Of a stretch of DNA of 64,000 nucleotides, positions 63,601 through 64,000 are shown piece by piece (within the stretch, counting starts at the first letter, position 1; each line of letters starts with the position of its first letter). The position numbers and the translations under genes are program-made. The notes below the pieces were generated by a model, which worked only from the letters and a program-made list of their open reading frames with translations, was not told the origin of the DNA and did not search any database. This DNA comes from Haplodiscus bocki (lineage: Eukaryota): positions 94,240,001-94,304,000 of the forward strand of contig OZ296649.1 in NCBI GenBank assembly GCA_965655095.1, given 5' to 3'.

Positions 63601-64000
63601 GCCTCTTGTGGTAGCAGTTCTAGAAAATAGACTTCCTACTGAACAAGTCAATCGTTAATATTCTGGCAGAAATTTTGCGCTGGTCTTATAAACTTGTGTT
63701 TTTTGAAAATTGAAAATTTTCGAATCAGGAATTTTGCAAAACTTGAAAAAAGTGTGCTCTTTTCTAGGTTGATTGGCATCCTATGCCAATTGGCAGGATT
63801 CCAATTTCAAAAGAAAAGAAATTGATACTGAGAAAACCGTCTGTACAAGGCTATGCGTGTAGCTTGAAGCCGTGCCCTAAGTGTCTTGACGCTTATATTT
63901 TATGATTTCCTTCGCTGATTTCGTCACAACTTCAGAAAAATATTTCCTTCTTATCCCTAGTTCTCCGAAACTAACGAGTGGTATGCGTACAGTTTTTTGG
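48619..64000 (+). repeat. Right homogenised macrosatellite array, ~6.1 composite units of 2,505-2,514 bp
   Basis: The anchor CAGCC(C/A)ACTG lies at 49052, 51557, 54064, 56569, 59075 and 61589. Identical chance ORFs occur at 49868/52373, 50815/53320, 55698/58204, 56391/58897, 56967/59473 and 57438/59944. The array runs off the right edge. Confidence 0.97.

Noticed and set aside
47994-63658. Repeated ORFs in the 2.5-kb units (e.g. 122-aa 55698/58204)
   Set aside because: Frames and lengths change between units and no protein motif is recognisable.
1-64000. CRISPR array or integron-like cassette system (constant box plus variable bodies)
   Set aside because: The segments between boxes are homologous kilobase repeats, not unique spacers or ORF cassettes. 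No cas or integrase gene is present and the context is eukaryote-like.
1-64000. Tandem 5S rRNA, tRNA, snRNA, spliced-leader or histone gene array
   Set aside because: The unit size would fit, but I recognised no such sequence and no invariant 70-200-nt island. AATTTTTG Sm-like strings are expected by chance here. An Infernal/Rfam scan would be the decisive test.

Overview
This window looks eukaryotic, is almost entirely non-coding, and is dominated by one head-to-tail macrosatellite family with ~1.06-1.24 kb monomers. All recognisable monomers are co-oriented, and each starts at a recurrent box resembling AACATGGTTTT..AGCTGAAACA.TTTGAAA.TTGGTAATCTGCCCACTG. The array is layered. (i) At 1-~23.4 kb it is homogenised, passing from a 3,539-bp trimeric higher-order repeat (HOR) to a ~2,435-bp dimeric HOR and then to mosaic monomers. 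(ii) At ~23.4-48.6 kb it is old and diverged, with a second monomer type ('W') and a relic ~4.8-kb duplication. (iii) At ~48.6-64 kb it is a second homogenised array of ~2,505-2,514-bp composite units from the same family. The only credible gene is the transposase of a compact 1,738-bp hAT (Ac-like) DNA transposon at 46,145-47,882. The element has 10-bp TIRs (CAGGGATGTA), an 8-bp TSD with one mismatch and palindromic GCTGGATCCAGC subterminal repeats. Its intronless ORF keeps the DDE, CxxH and RW motifs but shows no BED finger. It lies ~740 bp from the start of the young right array. All other ORFs are chance ORFs in repeat DNA. Coordinates were counted by eye and identities are visual estimates. 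The organism and any centromeric function cannot be established from this sequence alone.
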